From positions 9,798,001 to 9,862,000 of the forward strand of contig NC_045698.1 of assembly GCF_009834535.1 (NCBI RefSeq): a stretch of DNA of 64,000 nucleotides. The letters are read 5' to 3'. Below the pieces are notes generated by a model that searched no databases, had not been told where the DNA came from, and saw nothing but the letters and a program-made list of their open reading frames with translations. Source of the stretch: Camelus ferus. Its lineage: Eukaryota. Below, in pieces: positions 51,079 to 64,000 of this stretch (positions are counted from its first letter, which is position 1; each line of letters begins with the position of its first letter). Made by a program: the position numbers and the translations under genes.

Positions 51079-52909
51079 CTGGAAAGAATAAAGACAGCAG
51101 CGTGTGAGATATGAAAGTGAATTATCATTTTAAAAGTTAACTGGCTATTTTTTAAAACTTAGACAATCCTTAGGAATGCATGCCATCTTTATAGCCCCAG
51201 CTAGCTAGATATATGGCAGCAGTTCTGGCCCCAGGTCTCTGACATCAGAATTTTATCGTCCCTTTCATGTACAAAACTAGAACAGACTTTAAACCTATCA
51301 TAATTCTTTGTTTTCTGGTACACGTACAAAGAAGTCTCTTCTCCACAGCTGTAGGTTCTGGTCAGCAGCCAGCTTGTTTTACGGTTTACATAAGGACAAA
51401 AGTGGTACAAACAACTCAGAAATCAATACCCACCTGGTACTCATATTTAACAACCCCAGTTATTTATTTATTTATTTATTTCACTCAGAACCTGCCATAA
51501 CCTTAACTCTCCAGGTGCGGACTGCATTTGGCACGTGGAATGCTCGTCATTACATTTTTTTATGCCTGGGCCATCTTGTCCTTAAATGTGGCAGCTGGCC
51601 ATCTGTAGTCAATTCAAATTTATGGTATCCTTTAAAAATGGATGAACAAAAGTCTCCTGTTGTAGACCTTTATCTTCCCAACAGTGCCAAACACGGGACC
51701 AATTCTAAGACAGTATTTCTTATTATAAGATTAGGCCATGAAGTCAGAGCTAATCCATCATCACTTACATAGAGGATGTGTGCCAAATGCCCACCACTAT
51801 GACACTTGGTCTCAACTCCAAGGAATTCACAAGGGTTATGCATTACACAGTTAAAAATGATCAAAGCCATCTTTATGCATCTTAGAAAAAAAATGGCCTA
51901 TGGATTGGCTTTAAAAGTGCTAAAAAGTATTGAATAATAGACATAAAAGTTGCAAATAGAAATACGGCCCATAAAATGGGAGGGAAAAGAGGAAGAATCA
52001 AGGAACCGAGTGAACAAACCTATCAAGTCATAACTTGACAGAAAAATGGTGCCTTTCATCAGTAAGTCTCACTATATCAAGTTCTTAATGCCGTAATTGT
52101 AGGGTGGTGTTTACATTTATGTAAATAATAGAGACAATTGATCAGCGTGGTTACAAATACAGTTTAACATATACACTGAAAGGCAATAAATTAAGACCCT
52201 CAGAAGTCATATTTTTTTCATATGTAGTTAAGCAAATCCTATCAACAATTTAAATTCTAGGAAGGTTAAGTCTGGTCACTGGAAATATAGGAACAATTCT
52301 TTCCCGTGACAAATTGTTTGTCAGTATTAATCACAGTGGCTGAAGTACTGTCTGTGTGCTAGGAATGACACCAAGCTTATGTATCCTCAGGGACAACCCC
52401 ACTTTCTGAAAACTTTCTTGTATTTATCATATAACGATTTTTTTCTTTCTTACATAAAACAGAGAGTATCAAAATGGTGCCTTTTTTCTTGATGTAGCAA
52501 GTTGTCTTTTTGTCTCTCCCAAAAGTCAAAGAATAAAAATGGGATGGATTCAAAACATATTTTTCCATAGACCCACAATCTCCGATGCCAGAAAGGTTAA
52601 GGGGGGGGGGGGTTGCAGTTCCTCTTAGGGTGACCTAAGCCTGCTGAGACTCAGACGCAAGCCATAGAAAACCCTTCTGTCACCTTCACTGTCCAGTCAC
52701 CAGAGCAGCAAAGCCAGTTTGGGGGCCCACCTTTAGGCTGCTGTCTGAGGCTACTGTGGGTTATATCCTGGTATTGTTTGCTCACTTCACCTGATGTAGA
52801 ACAGATGAGGTGGGATAGAAGGGAGGACACTGACCTCGGTCCCTGAATTTTGATGCCCTCAAACTTCCACCTCATTTGGATTCGATGAACTGAAGGAATA
52901 AAGTGAGGA

Positions 52910-53460
52910 AGATGCATTTGTTGCCTATCCAGTAGCCATTCCCTCTTTGTTTTGTGTTTTTTTACTTTTCACTTCTCACATGTACTTTATTTTTTGTATA
53001 TATATATATATATATTTTTTTTTTTTTATTGAAATATAGTCAGTTTACCATCCCCTCTCTTTGTGACTTAAAGAATCCCAACTTTGCTTAGAGTAACAAT
53101 CTAACTCCCAACTAAAACTCTTTGATTCCCCAGACTGTCTTGTCACTGGGGCAGGGGGTGAGGTTCAGTTCTGGCCAATGACACATAGACAAAAGTCCCC
53201 AGGGCAGAATCTTGCCCTGAAGTAAAAGGCAAAGCTTCATGAGGCACCAAGAGACGCAAAGCCTTGAGATGCAGCCGCCATCTTGTGCCTGTAAGAGCCA
53301 CAGCCTAAGGGGGTAGGAGTAAGGTTCCCAGCGGCATTGCTTTGACTGCACGTCTCTGCATTTTCTTGGTACCAGGAAAAAGAAACAAACAAACAAAAAC
53401 CTACTTATTTACACCACCGCTTCTCTGATTTTCTCTTACAGACACATTCTTAACCGATCC
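52910..53460 (+). mobile_element. MLT1-like (ERVL-MaLR) LTR, interrupted by a short L1 tail
   Basis: gttctggccaatgacacatag...gcagccgccatcttgtg...cattcttaaccgat. Confidence 0.55.
52951..53048 (-). mobile_element. Extremely truncated L1 3' tip with a compound tail
   Basis: Minus GTAAACTGACTATATTTCAATAAAAA...; flanked by imperfect direct repeats ccattccctctttgt and ccatcccctctctttgt. Confidence 0.7.
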
Positions 53461-53519
53461 ATTCAGAGGCAAGCATATCTAATCCCAGCAGATCCTAAAT
53501 CACAAAACTTTATCAGTGA

Positions 53520-53660
53520 ATCCTTACAACACCCCTAAATGATGGATATCACTATGTACATTTTGTAGATAAGGAAACGAAGCTTAGAGAAGTTTGCTGG
53601 TAAGTAGCAGAACTGGACTTCAAAGCCTGAGATGATGAATTCCAAAGCTCACATCACCTT
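53520..53660 (-). mobile_element. MIR SINE
   Basis: cattttgtagataaggaaacgaagcttagaga...gtaagtagcagaactgg. Confidence 0.65.
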
Positions 53661-54479
53661 GATTTAGAAATTCAAATAAAACAATACTACACAAAGTCTT
53701 TTTAGTGCCAAACAAACATTTTTTAAATTAAAGCCTAAGTTCAAAGATATCTGCTAATGTGCTTTATAAACAAAAGATGCTAATTTTTCTGGGAACCAGT
53801 GGGAACTACTGTGGTTGGCTTTACTTTCTGAGCAGTTATTGTGTGCAAGTTGTCTCACCTCTCTTTCTGCTGCATCATTAGCTGCAAACAGTTGCAAAAG
53901 CAATGGTGGCAAACTCATAAGGCCAAAATCTTGTATAGTATAAACTGAGTAATAATTTTCAAAGAGGGCCAGTTTATTTACATAATTAAGATGGCGGTCT
54001 TTGAAATATGCCAAAAATATGCTATTGATTTTAGTTCCAATTTAATAATACTGTACTGATATAAAATGGTGTCTAGTCAAACATTAATAATTATCTTTGC
54101 CTTGGAGAAATCTAAATGAATTTAATTGATTTAATAGTAACTTTGGAATCACAAGGTTTCATTAAGAAATGCGATACCCCCAGAATGAAGATAATACAGA
54201 TACTTAGAAACAACTCAAAACAACTCCACATAAAGCTGAAAACAAAGATTTGCCAAAATGAAGATTACTAAATGGTGGGAAAGCCTAGAGTTTTACAAAG
54301 CATATTTTCCTTTAAATGTTTCACCCAGAAATTCAGTCCATTTCAATTCATACATATTAAGAACTCACTTTTTAAAAAAGCAATATAGTTATTAAAATCC
54401 TACAAAATCTAGCATCTATTGTATATGTGGGATAAAGGGGAGGACACTTGGCTCTTTCTGACTATATTTAAATTAGAAA

Positions 54480-56490
54480 AATACTCTAAAGAACAAGAAT
54501 AAACTATCCAAAAAAGAAATTAAGATAATAATCTCACTTATATTAGCATCAAAAATAAAATAAAATATCTAGAAATACATTAAACCAATGATGTGAAAGA
54601 TTCGTGCTGAAAACTATAAAACACTAACGAAAGAAATTACAGCAGATATAAATATAAAAGAAAGATATCATATGTTAATGGGTTGGAAGAATTAGTATTT
54701 TTCAAGTATCTATACTACCCAAAGCAATTTACAGACTTAATGTAATTCCTATCAAAATTCCAAAGGCAGTTTATACAGAAACAGAAAAAAAAAAAAAAGT
54801 CCTAAAATCCATAGGGAACCACTGAAGAACCCAAATAACCAAAATCATTTTGAGCAAGAACAAATCAAAATCACTTTCTGATTTCAAAATATGTAACAAA
54901 CCTACAAAAATCAAAACAGCATGGTACTAGCATAAACACAGACATGTAGACCAGTGGAACAGAATAGAGAGCCCAGAAATAAACCCTGACACACATACAG
55001 TCATACGACCTTCAGCAAGGGCTGCCAAGAATACACAGTGGTGAAAGGACATCCTCTTCAATAAATCCTGTTGAGGAAACGGGGTAGCCATATGCAAAAG
55101 AGTGAAATTGGACCCTTATCTTACACCATACACAAAAATCAACTCAAAATGGTTTAAACACTTAAACATAAGACCTGAACCATAAAACTCCTAGAAGAAA
55201 CTGTAGAGGAAAAGCTTTTTGACAATGAGTCTTGGTAATGATTTTTTGGATGTGACACCAAAAGTGCAAGCAACAAAAGCAAAAATAGACAAGTGGGATT
55301 ACAGACTAAAAAGCTTATGCCCAGCAAAGTAAATAATCAACACATGAACAGGCAATTTACAGAAGAGGAGAACATATTTGCAAACCTAATAAAGGGTTAA
55401 ATATATATATAAGGAATTCCTACAACTCAATAGTAAAGAACAAGTAACCTGATTAAAATGGGCAAGGAACTGAACAGATATTTCTCCAAAGAGAAATGGC
55501 CTAACAGGTATATGAAAAGATGCTCAATGTCACTAAGCATCAGAGAAATGCAAATCAAAACCACAAGGAGATATTACCTCATACCTGTTAAGATGGCTAT
55601 TATAAAAAAATTTGTTTAAATTTTAAAGATAAAGTATTGGCCAGAATGTAGAGAAACAGGAACCCCTGTACACTATTGGTGGGAATATATGTTGGAACAA
55701 CCACTATGAAAAATAGTAAGAGGTTGCCTCAAAAACTTAAAAATAGAACTACCAAATAATCCAGCCATCCCACTTTGGGGCATATATCCAAAGAAATTGA
55801 AATCAAGATACTGAAGATATATCTACACTCCCTTGTTCACTGCAGCGTTATTCACAATAGCCAAGACCCAGAAACACCCTGAGGGTCCATCGACAGATGA
55901 ATGGATAAAGAAAATGTGGTATTAAAAAAAAAATGTGGTATTTACATACAATGGAATATTATTTAGCCTTAAAATAAGAAGGAAATTCTGCCATTTGCAA
56001 CAACATGAATAAACCAGACCAGAAGGAAAAGTACCACATGATACCATTCACATGAGGAATCTAAAACAATCAAATCATAGAAGCAGAGTAGACTGGTAGT
56101 TGCCAGGGGACACGAGGTGGAGAAAATGAGGAGATATTAGTCAAAAGATGTAAAGTTTCAGTTACACAAAATGAGTAAGTCCTACAGATCTTCTGTACAG
56201 CATAGTGCCTGCAGTTAGCAATACTCCACTGAATAGTTAAAATTTTGCTAAGTGGGTAGATCTTATGGCAGGTGTTCTTACCACAAAAATAGTCATTATC
56301 ATTGTCATCATTAAAGAAGCGAGGAGGGATCTTTTGGAGATAATAATGCATACATTTATGACATAGATTATAGTTTAACAGGTAAACACTCATCTCCAAA
56401 CTTGTCAAGTTGTATACATTAAGTATGTACAGCTCTTTGTATGTCATTCAGACTTCACTAAAATGGTTTAAAAAAAATAAAAATAAAGTA
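54480..56490 (+). mobile_element. ~2 kb degenerate L1 (ORF2 3' half and 3'UTR), L1MA-like
   Basis: Continuous L1 similarity (gaccagtggaacagaatagagagcccagaaat; gaaatgcaaatcaaaaccaca; 3'UTR; A tail) with many frameshifts. Confidence 0.9.
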
Positions 56491-57399
56491 CATCTTGAGG
56501 ACTAAATAAATTAGAAAAATGCACAATAATTCAGTACTTTTATGGAAAACATTTATTATAATCTAAATGAAATATGCTAACAAAATGGTATCTTTTCTTA
56601 TTGATGTGCCTGGAGATAATAATTTACTTCAGAATACAGATCTTAAAGGCACCTTAAATGGTTTTTCTCGAAATCTTGTTCCTAATTTTCTAAAAAGAAT
56701 AAATAACACTTACACCCCTAAGTGGACTGAGTACTTCCAATGCCCACAGATGGTATTCCTTCAAAACAACACAAGGCAGATTAATATTAAGTGTAGATGT
56801 CGGTTTTCCCAACAAGGTTTTATATTCATAAAACAAAGAAGGTATGTCTCGTGTCTTATAATTATTTTATCCACGACTATGACTAGCACGGTACTGTGTA
56901 TGCAGGCAGTAGGCTGGCTCTAAACATTTACTAGACTAGATCAGAGACATAGTCACAGTAGCTCACTGGTTATCAAAAGGTTTAAAAAGATTGAAATGCC
57001 CAGGTGCATTATATACGGTTTAAGTGCTATAGACATAAAAGGTCCAAGAAAGGGGGAAAAAACTAAATATTCCTAAGTGAACAAAGGATCTGATGTGTCT
57101 TGATTAAGCTTTGAAACTTAGATAAAAAAGATGGCAGAGAACAGTCTTGATAGGGGAGACAACATGGGGGAGAACACAGATAATCAGAGGATATTCAGGG
57201 TTCAAACAGAAGAGGTATATCTGAAAGAAAGAAGGTTTATGTTGGATTAGAGAAGACTGCAAGTAAGTCAGGGCCATATTATGGAAGGATGATGAATCTT
57301 AATGGTCTGATTCATTGACTCAACCCTGCAGGCGTCAGGCCCTGTAGCTCCTGAAATCGTGAACAAAGATTATGTAGTCTGTGAGCCCACGAAGTTTTA

Positions 57400-58490
57400 G
57401 TTTAGTAGGACAGATAAGCATTAATCAAATCACACAACTAAGTATTTAAATTGAAAACTATGGTTATTCCGAGAAGGAAGAGCAGAGCGCTGTGAAATGC
57501 ATAACAGGACAATTGGATTAGTGGGGGGTGGGGAGGAGCAGGGGACGTTTTCCCTGAGGAAGTGACATTTAGCTGACCCAGCAGTATCCGGACAAAGGGA
57601 GGAGGGCTCAGGGAGAATGGGAGGAGGAGGGCAAAACATGGGAAGAAAAAGGCCACGTTCAAGACTCAAGGAGAACAGAGCAGGAGGAAAAAGTGACCTC
57701 AGGTGAGGCAGGGGAGGTGGGCAGGGCCAGCTCTTCCCAGCCTTGCAGGCCATGCTAGAAACTGCTTTTTCCTGAGAGCAGTGGAAGGTTTTGAGTTGAA
57801 AGCAATGTGATGGGGTTTGTGTTTTTCTCATTGTTCTGTCGGCAATGTGAGATGGATGAGAGACAGGAGAGAGGAGGAGCGACCACCAGAAAGCGATTTG
57901 AGTCTTCCAGGTGAGTTACAATGATAGCTTGGCCTAGGATGCCAGCGACAGGGAAAGGGTTGGATAGTTTCCAGCAATATTCAGGTGATAAAGTTGACAT
58001 GAGTTAGCGATGGAGTAGACTTGAGAGTTGAAGAAAAGGAAGATGTTAAAGACAAAGAGTTCTCTGATTGCCAAGTTACATGCACCATCGTGAGACTTCC
58101 TGGGAGACAGTAATCAGAAGAGAACCAGTTCAGTTTTAGACATTTTCAGCTGAAGGAGCCTAAGAAACATCTATGAGAACGTATCAAGCAGGCAGTTGAG
58201 GGCACAGGTTTTGAAGCCAGAGGACAGGAGAGACCAGAGATAAAAATTGATGGTGCATATTACACAGGAGGCTGTGGATGAGCTTGGCAGGGAAGAGGGT
58301 CTGGAGTGAAGAAATGAGTCTGCCTTATCCTCCAATATGCCAAGCTCCATAAGTGGCAAGAAGCTCAACAAATACATTCTAAATAAATGAGCAAATAGAC
58401 ACATGCATGAAAGTCAGGACGCTTGCTAGGAACTGAGGAAACAGAAACAAAAGTTTCCCTGCCCTCCATATAATCTTGGCTTGGGTTGTT
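57400..58490 (-). mobile_element. L2 fragments
   Basis: ttccctgaggaagtgacattt...ttgagttgaaagca.tg...gttcagttttagaca...aagcaggcagttg, with an L2 terminus near 58360-58490. Confidence 0.65.
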
Positions 58491-58654
58491 GCAATAAGAT
58501 TTTTTTAAATGGGGCAGATTTGTGAGAAATAAACAAAAGAAGGACTTTTGTCTTGTAATAGGAGGGACGACCGAAATAAAGACTTAACAGAAAGAGCTCC
58601 ATTATTTAAATTAAATCATCCTAATTTTGGTATTAGGTGTGTGTCACTTGAAAT

Positions 58655-59035
58655 TAATTTTTTATTGAAGTACACTGAAGTTACAATGTTGTGTCATTTT
58701 CTGGTATATAGCATAATGTTTCAGTCATACGTATACATACATATATTGGTTTTCATATTCTTTTTCAGTGTAAGTTACTACAAGATACTGAATAGAGTTC
58801 CCTGAGCTATACAGTAGAAACTTGTTGTTTATCTATTTTATATAGAGTAGTGAACATTTGCAAATCCCGAACTCCCAATTTATCCCTTCCCACCCCCTTT
58901 TCCTCAGTAACCATAAGTTTGTTTTCTATGTCTGCAAATCTGTTTCTGTTTTCTGTAAATAAGTTAATTTGTGTCTTTTTTTTTTTAGATTCCACATATA
59001 GGTGATATCATATGGTATTTTTCTTTCTTTTTCTA
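58655..59035 (-). mobile_element. L1 3'UTR, camelid-type
   Basis: ttttttattgaagtacactga.gttacaatgttgtgtca...ttagattccacatata.gtgatatcatatggtatt; similar to the 36004-36677 copy. Confidence 0.88.
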
Positions 59036-59476
59036 TCTTAAAATGTTTATTTTTATTGTTAATAATACCTTACATGAGATTCCGCCCCCTTGAAAAAGAA
59101 CACAAATGCTACCTAAGAGATTAAAACCTCAGTGCCCTCCTGTGACATCCCAGAACTTGCCTGGGGACCAACTGAGACAAAGCTTTCCACCACACTGAAA
59201 ACACTGAAATTTCTGAAAATAAACCCAAGGAGTATAGACTGAAGATCTCATTCTCTGATAATCACACTCTGGTGGGAAAAAAAAAAAAAAAATTACCTGC
59301 CAAATGAGAAAGAGCACCTTTCAAAAATCTGCAAACTTTGGGCAAAATTGGGCAAACTTTGGGTTCAGTCCAGTAGAGAGACAGCAAACAGCACAGAGTG
59401 TAAATAAATAAACACACACACACACATACACAGAGCAAACCAGAAACTCTGACGTAAAAATTTCCACCACACTAAC

Positions 59477-59744
59477 CAGCAATTAAGGCATCCTTGGGCC
59501 ATCGGCTGAACCAGTCGATAGTGCATCCTGAAATGAGGGCGGGGAACTTCAAAGCTCGATTTCGAAATTTCTCCCCCACCGGGGAGAAGCAGAGCACAAT
59601 GTGAAGGTTCTGCCGGACTCGGCTCATGAAGTAGTCATACAGGTTCTCGTTCGTAGGAGGGCGCCTGGGGTGTTCCTTTTTCATGGCAGATATGAGATCA
59701 CTACTAATTTCATCAATTTCTTCACGAGCGAACAGGCTGGAGAC
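59477..59744 (-). CDS. DNAH5: DNAH5 exon ~55 (268 nt), AAA4: VSSLFAREE...[34 protein letters not shown]
   Basis: Acceptor tgaag|, donor |gttagt; carries the dynein AAA4 signature LCFSPVG...CTIDWF. Confidence 0.95.
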
Positions 59745-60235
59745 CTTCAAGAAAAAGTCAGACGTTCCAATTCAGCACAGGCAACAGATCAGAACAGACA
59801 GCTTGATACGTATGATGTCTTTCCTTCATTTGTGTCTTTAAATTCACCTTTAAAAAAATCCACCAAAAGTCCTCAAGATGAACTACACCACATTTTAAAA
59901 TACACAAATGATTCTATTATTAGCTGGAAAGTCATAGCCCTTTAAGGGGGTAAATGGACATATCAAAAATCCAATCAGCTTTCCCTATAACCTCCTTCTT
60001 CTGTTTTTCCACTTCTCATTTGGAGCTTTCATTAACGTTTTCAAAGCACAGCTCCACATTTTGACTGGAAGTTTTATTCTTCAAAAATCTAATAGAAAAA
60101 GCCATTCTTCATACTGATCACCTAATCCCCAACAACAGCTCTTATTCAGAACTCTAATGGAAGGAAAGACAGGGAGCTCAAACGTTGGAAGGAGTCTGAG
60201 GAGGCAAAACACATAAAGGAGAAATGAGCTCTTAC

Positions 60236-60389
60236 CTCACCCGATGATAAAACGTTGTTCATATATTCCAAAAATGACTCATCTTTTATCTCATTGTCAG
60301 TGAAAATAAAAGTGACTCCTTTGCCTTGCTGACCGGCTGTTCTATACAAAACCTTTAGGTCTTCCATCAGATTTGATGTGTTGTAGGAT
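60236..60389 (-). CDS. DNAH5: DNAH5 exon ~54 (154 nt), AAA4: [24 protein letters not shown]...LSSGE
   Basis: Acceptor tttag|, donor |gtaaga; overlaps ORF 60146..60367. Confidence 0.95.
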
Positions 60390-61460
60390 CTAAAGAAATA
60401 GTGTCATTGCGTCATTAGCTCAAATATTTCAACGGGAAGGAAAGATCCTTATAACAATGCTTTATGACATTTGGTTAAAAAAAATGCTAATATTGTTCCA
60501 TCAGACTGCAGGTAAATGTTACTGGTTCATTATATTTACACACAAAAATGAAAATAATTTTTAAAACTGTATTTTATAAAACATTCTATTTTTACACACA
60601 CTCAAAAATCTAGAGTGAAAAGTCAACCTGAAGCAAAAAGTACAATTTTTACCACAACTAAATGCCATCAGAATGTGTATACACATGTATCATTTTGAAA
60701 ACATTTGTTGGTCAAGATAATGAAACAGCCAAACTGGGATGTTTCCTAAGCACCCATCTGCAACTGATATTTTAAAAGAAGTCTCATAACTTGAAGTAAA
60801 CTAAACTCAATCATTTCAAGCCTTTGCTATATGGGGTGAGGGAGAATCTCTGAGATAGATGGTACCCTCCTCATCCCCCAACACAACTATCTTCACTGCA
60901 TCTTTGGATCTCACGCGAAAGAATGTTCAGAGCAATCAGTACACAGCAGTAGAATCACTGGAAACATTATTAAATATCCCACTCTAAATCTTCTCTCAGA
61001 CCCAAAGCAATCCTTTAGTGGAATCAAGCAGCAACCATGAAATGTTAGAGAGATCTCAATATAGAATAGCCCATTACTGCCAAAAGTGAAAATTTAAATA
61101 TCCCAATCCTGGAGACTCGGATTCGCTAAATTAAGTTTTCTCTCTTACAGGAGGCAGCTATCACTGTCTTTGCCAAATAATAAAATTAGTATTTAAGCTT
61201 ATTTTCTTCTTTGTCTTTTTTAATTCCATCATCTATGCTGTATTTTGGCATATTGCATCATTAAATAAACTCAGAGTTCAGAGTACAAAAGCAAACACCT
61301 TCCGATTTTTAAAAGGCTACCAAATATTTAACTTCTATAGTCCATGCTTTTTTAGCATCTAAAACCATAACCGTAGAAGTAGAAATATCAGTACCATGCA
61401 TCAGTATTTTAAGTGAGATCTGAGAGATCAGAAAAAAAAATTTCAGAGAAAGGTCCCTAC

Positions 61461-61621
61461 AGGAAAGAAGAAGGAAGGAAGGAAAGAAAGAGACAGAGAG
61501 AGAAAGAAAGAAAGAGAGAAAGAAAGAGAGAGAGAAAGAAAGAAAGAGAGAGAGAAAGAAAGAAAGAAAGAAAGGAAGGAAGGAAGGAAGGAAGGAAGGA
61601 AGGAAGGAAGGAAGGAAGGAA

Positions 61622-61687
<66 letters not shown>

Positions 61688-61702
61688 AAAAGAAAGAAAA
61701 AG

Positions 61703-61745
<43 letters not shown>

Positions 61746-61856
61746 AAAAGGAAAAGAAAGGAAGGAAGAAGGAAAGGAAGAAGGAAAGGAAGAAGGAAGG
61801 AAGGAAGGAAGGAAAAAAGAAACGGATGGAAGGAAGGAAGGAAGGAAGGAAAGAGG
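61461..61856. repeat. ~395-bp compound purine microsatellite (GAAA/GGAA/GA)
   Basis: Seen directly in the sequence; it is the source of the spurious ORFs at 61309-61895. Confidence 0.95.
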
Positions 61857-62779
61857 ACAATGGAAAATACCTCACCCCAGCTTCTCATGACGTGAGGGGA
61901 AGATCTCAGCCCAGTCCCCTCGATCTCAATGACCCCACTGCCTGAAACAATACGACCGTGTCATCTAACCTGTGCTTCCCAAAGGAGAGGCACTTGCTTC
62001 CTGAGCCTTGGTCACGTGGCCGTGCAAAGGCTAAGGCAGTAGGATGGTCTCTGGAAGACTATGAGAAGGCAGAGAAGGCCTTGCCCCTCCTTTTCATCAG
62101 TACTGGAGCATTCCCATGACAACACGCAGAGGAACTAATGTATCACAGGAAGAGGAGAGGCAAGGTATTTTTACTGAGGCAGCGGGGGGTGGTGAAAGTC
62201 ATGGCAGACCAGAAACCAGAAATATTTTTGCCAGTTCCCAGGTTTATTGGAGATTTCAAACAAATCTTAGCCTCTCTGAGCCTCAGCTGCGAGATGGACT
62301 AGATGACCTGCTAACCCACAAAGCCAAAAAGTTCTTTTGAAGATCAGATTAGCTCATGCATATAAAAGTGCTTTGAAAACAATAAGGTTTCATAAAAATG
62401 TTACGAACAAAAATCTCAGAGTTCAATCCCTTTCCTGTATAGGTTATCCTTTATCTAACTCGGTTTCCATCCATAAAGTAAAAAAATTATACACAAGGTA
62501 ACGAATTCTTTCTCTCTGTTTTAGTAGTTGGTAAAAATGGCGAACTTTTGGATTTATTCTCCAAGCAGAACCCTACAATTTAGACCAAATAAAAGGTGTA
62601 ACCACAACAACTTGAGTATCTGGATCTCCAAACCCAATGTTTAATAATTTTCAACCTTTATCCCGGCAGGTGACTATGGATCTCCATCAGTGAGACAGAT
62701 CAGCAGCATGTCTGCCCTACAGGGCCGAGTCAACACTTGGTCAATGCCCAACAGGCAAGACTCTTACTCTCACGCCTAG

Positions 62780-63720
62780 AAATTAACTTCTGATCACTTC
62801 CAGCCCAATTAAATTTCCCAAACTGGCCTCCTGCTTCTCACCTCATCTTGGTTACTCCCGAAGTTCTGTTGAGCCTCTCTGCATCACCCCTGCTTGTATC
62901 TCTTCTGTTCACATCCCACCTTCTACTTCTCCCTGCTCTGCACACACTCCAGGGGAAATTCTTCTGGCTTCCCTACCTTGATGAATAGCAGTGCCATATA
63001 TCGAGTTCCTCAAGCCAGAACTAGGATGTACCAAGTCCAAAAGCTCCACCTTCCTGAGGATCTCTTAAATCTGCTCTCTTTTCTTCAACTCTCACTGCCA
63101 CCACTCATGACACCACCGCCTCTCGCTGAGATCCCTGAGTCAGCCTTCAAACCCTTCCAGCTTAGCTCCTTCCATCCACTTTCTGTACATGCAAATCCAA
63201 CATGCCTTCCCTAGTGATGACTGGTTTCCCATCATACTAGGATGAAGTCCCAATTCCTGATGACACTTTTAAAGCCCTCCATTTCTCTTCCCTTCCCACT
63301 TTCCTCCTAATCTGTACACCAGCCATATTTAACTGTTTCCAGGGCCTCAACTGGGACTTCACATGTGCTGATCCTTTTGCCTGGAACATTCTTTACTGCT
63401 CCTCTTCTCTGAGATAACTTTACCCATATTCAGGTCTCAGGTGAAACATCCCTTTCTCTAGGAAGACTTTTCTAATCATCCTCGAAACTAGGTTAGGAAT
63501 TCCCTGCCCGTGTTTCAGCAGAATCTTATCTACATTTATTTCCTTATCAGAGATAGCTGTCTACCTATCACACCTCATTTAATGAGTTGCTCAGTTGTCC
63601 CCATTGAACTGCTATAAACTCCATGATGACACAGATCTACCTTGTAGATTCTTGAAATCTGAATTAACATTTAGTAAGGATAAATCTCTTCTGAAATGCA
63701 CTAAAAGGAATACACACAAT
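62780..63720 (+). mobile_element. L2 fragment
   Basis: ctcaagccagaact...ctcttaaatctg...cccagg.cct...tgcctggaacattct...tcaggtctcag...aaactccatga. Confidence 0.6.
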
Positions 63721-63984
63721 ATTCATATCAAGCATAACATAAAAACAGAGAGGCAATTCTTCACTGTAACGAGATGCTGGAGTGTTTCCAAGGCAATTTA
63801 TTAACGTGAAATTTTCATGGTCCATAACAGAGGTTGAAAGGGGAAGGTGATAACTCGGCATTCAAGAAGGAAAACTAGTTATAATTCCTTCAGGTATGAG
63901 AAAAATGCATTCTTAACTCCAAGTGGCCTCTGAGAACCGTTTATCAAAATCCATTTCAGGTTAATTAGAGTGGAAGCGTGTTAC

Positions 63985-64000
63985 CTTGTCAGAGTGATCT
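63985..64000 (-). CDS. DNAH5: DNAH5 exon ~53, 3' end only (..ITLTR)
   Basis: The minus strand reads AG ATC ACT CTG ACA AG|gtaaca. Its phase-2 end matches the next exon (A TCC TAC AAC). Confidence 0.8.

Noticed and set aside
52601..52612. G12 run, plus small tandem repeats at ~46526-46560, ~55910-55942 and ~59330-59363
   Set aside because: Ordinary slippage-type micro-repeats with no evidence of function.
61309..61895. ORFs of 188, 160 and 143 aa
   Set aside because: They are translations of the GAAA/GGAA microsatellite.

Overview
Mammalian genomic DNA, most likely camelid (it carries a Vic-1-type tRNA-derived SINE and camelid-style L1 3' ends). The whole window lies inside the axonemal dynein heavy chain gene DNAH5 on the minus strand. 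I traced 23 complete exons plus one partial exon, all GT-AG. They total 4,403 coding nt with consistent phases and no visible frameshift or stop. By my recall of the human gene these correspond to exons ~53-76 and encode the end of AAA4, the stalk and microtubule-binding domain, AAA5, the strut, AAA6 and the start of the C-terminal domain. The introns hold typical eutherian repeats (L1, L2, MIR, MER20/58/63, LTRs, microsatellites). I found no evidence of a novel biological system. The most notable local oddities are a sense-oriented truncated ERV1 (3' LTR, PPT and env-like remnant), a tiny inverted L1 endonuclease/3'-end chimera beside an acceptor, a candidate L1 3' transduction, a young 113-bp tandem duplication next to a branch region, an inverted L1 pair, and a few substitutions at conserved dynein positions. 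Exon numbers, human comparisons and repeat subfamily names come from memory, not from database searches.
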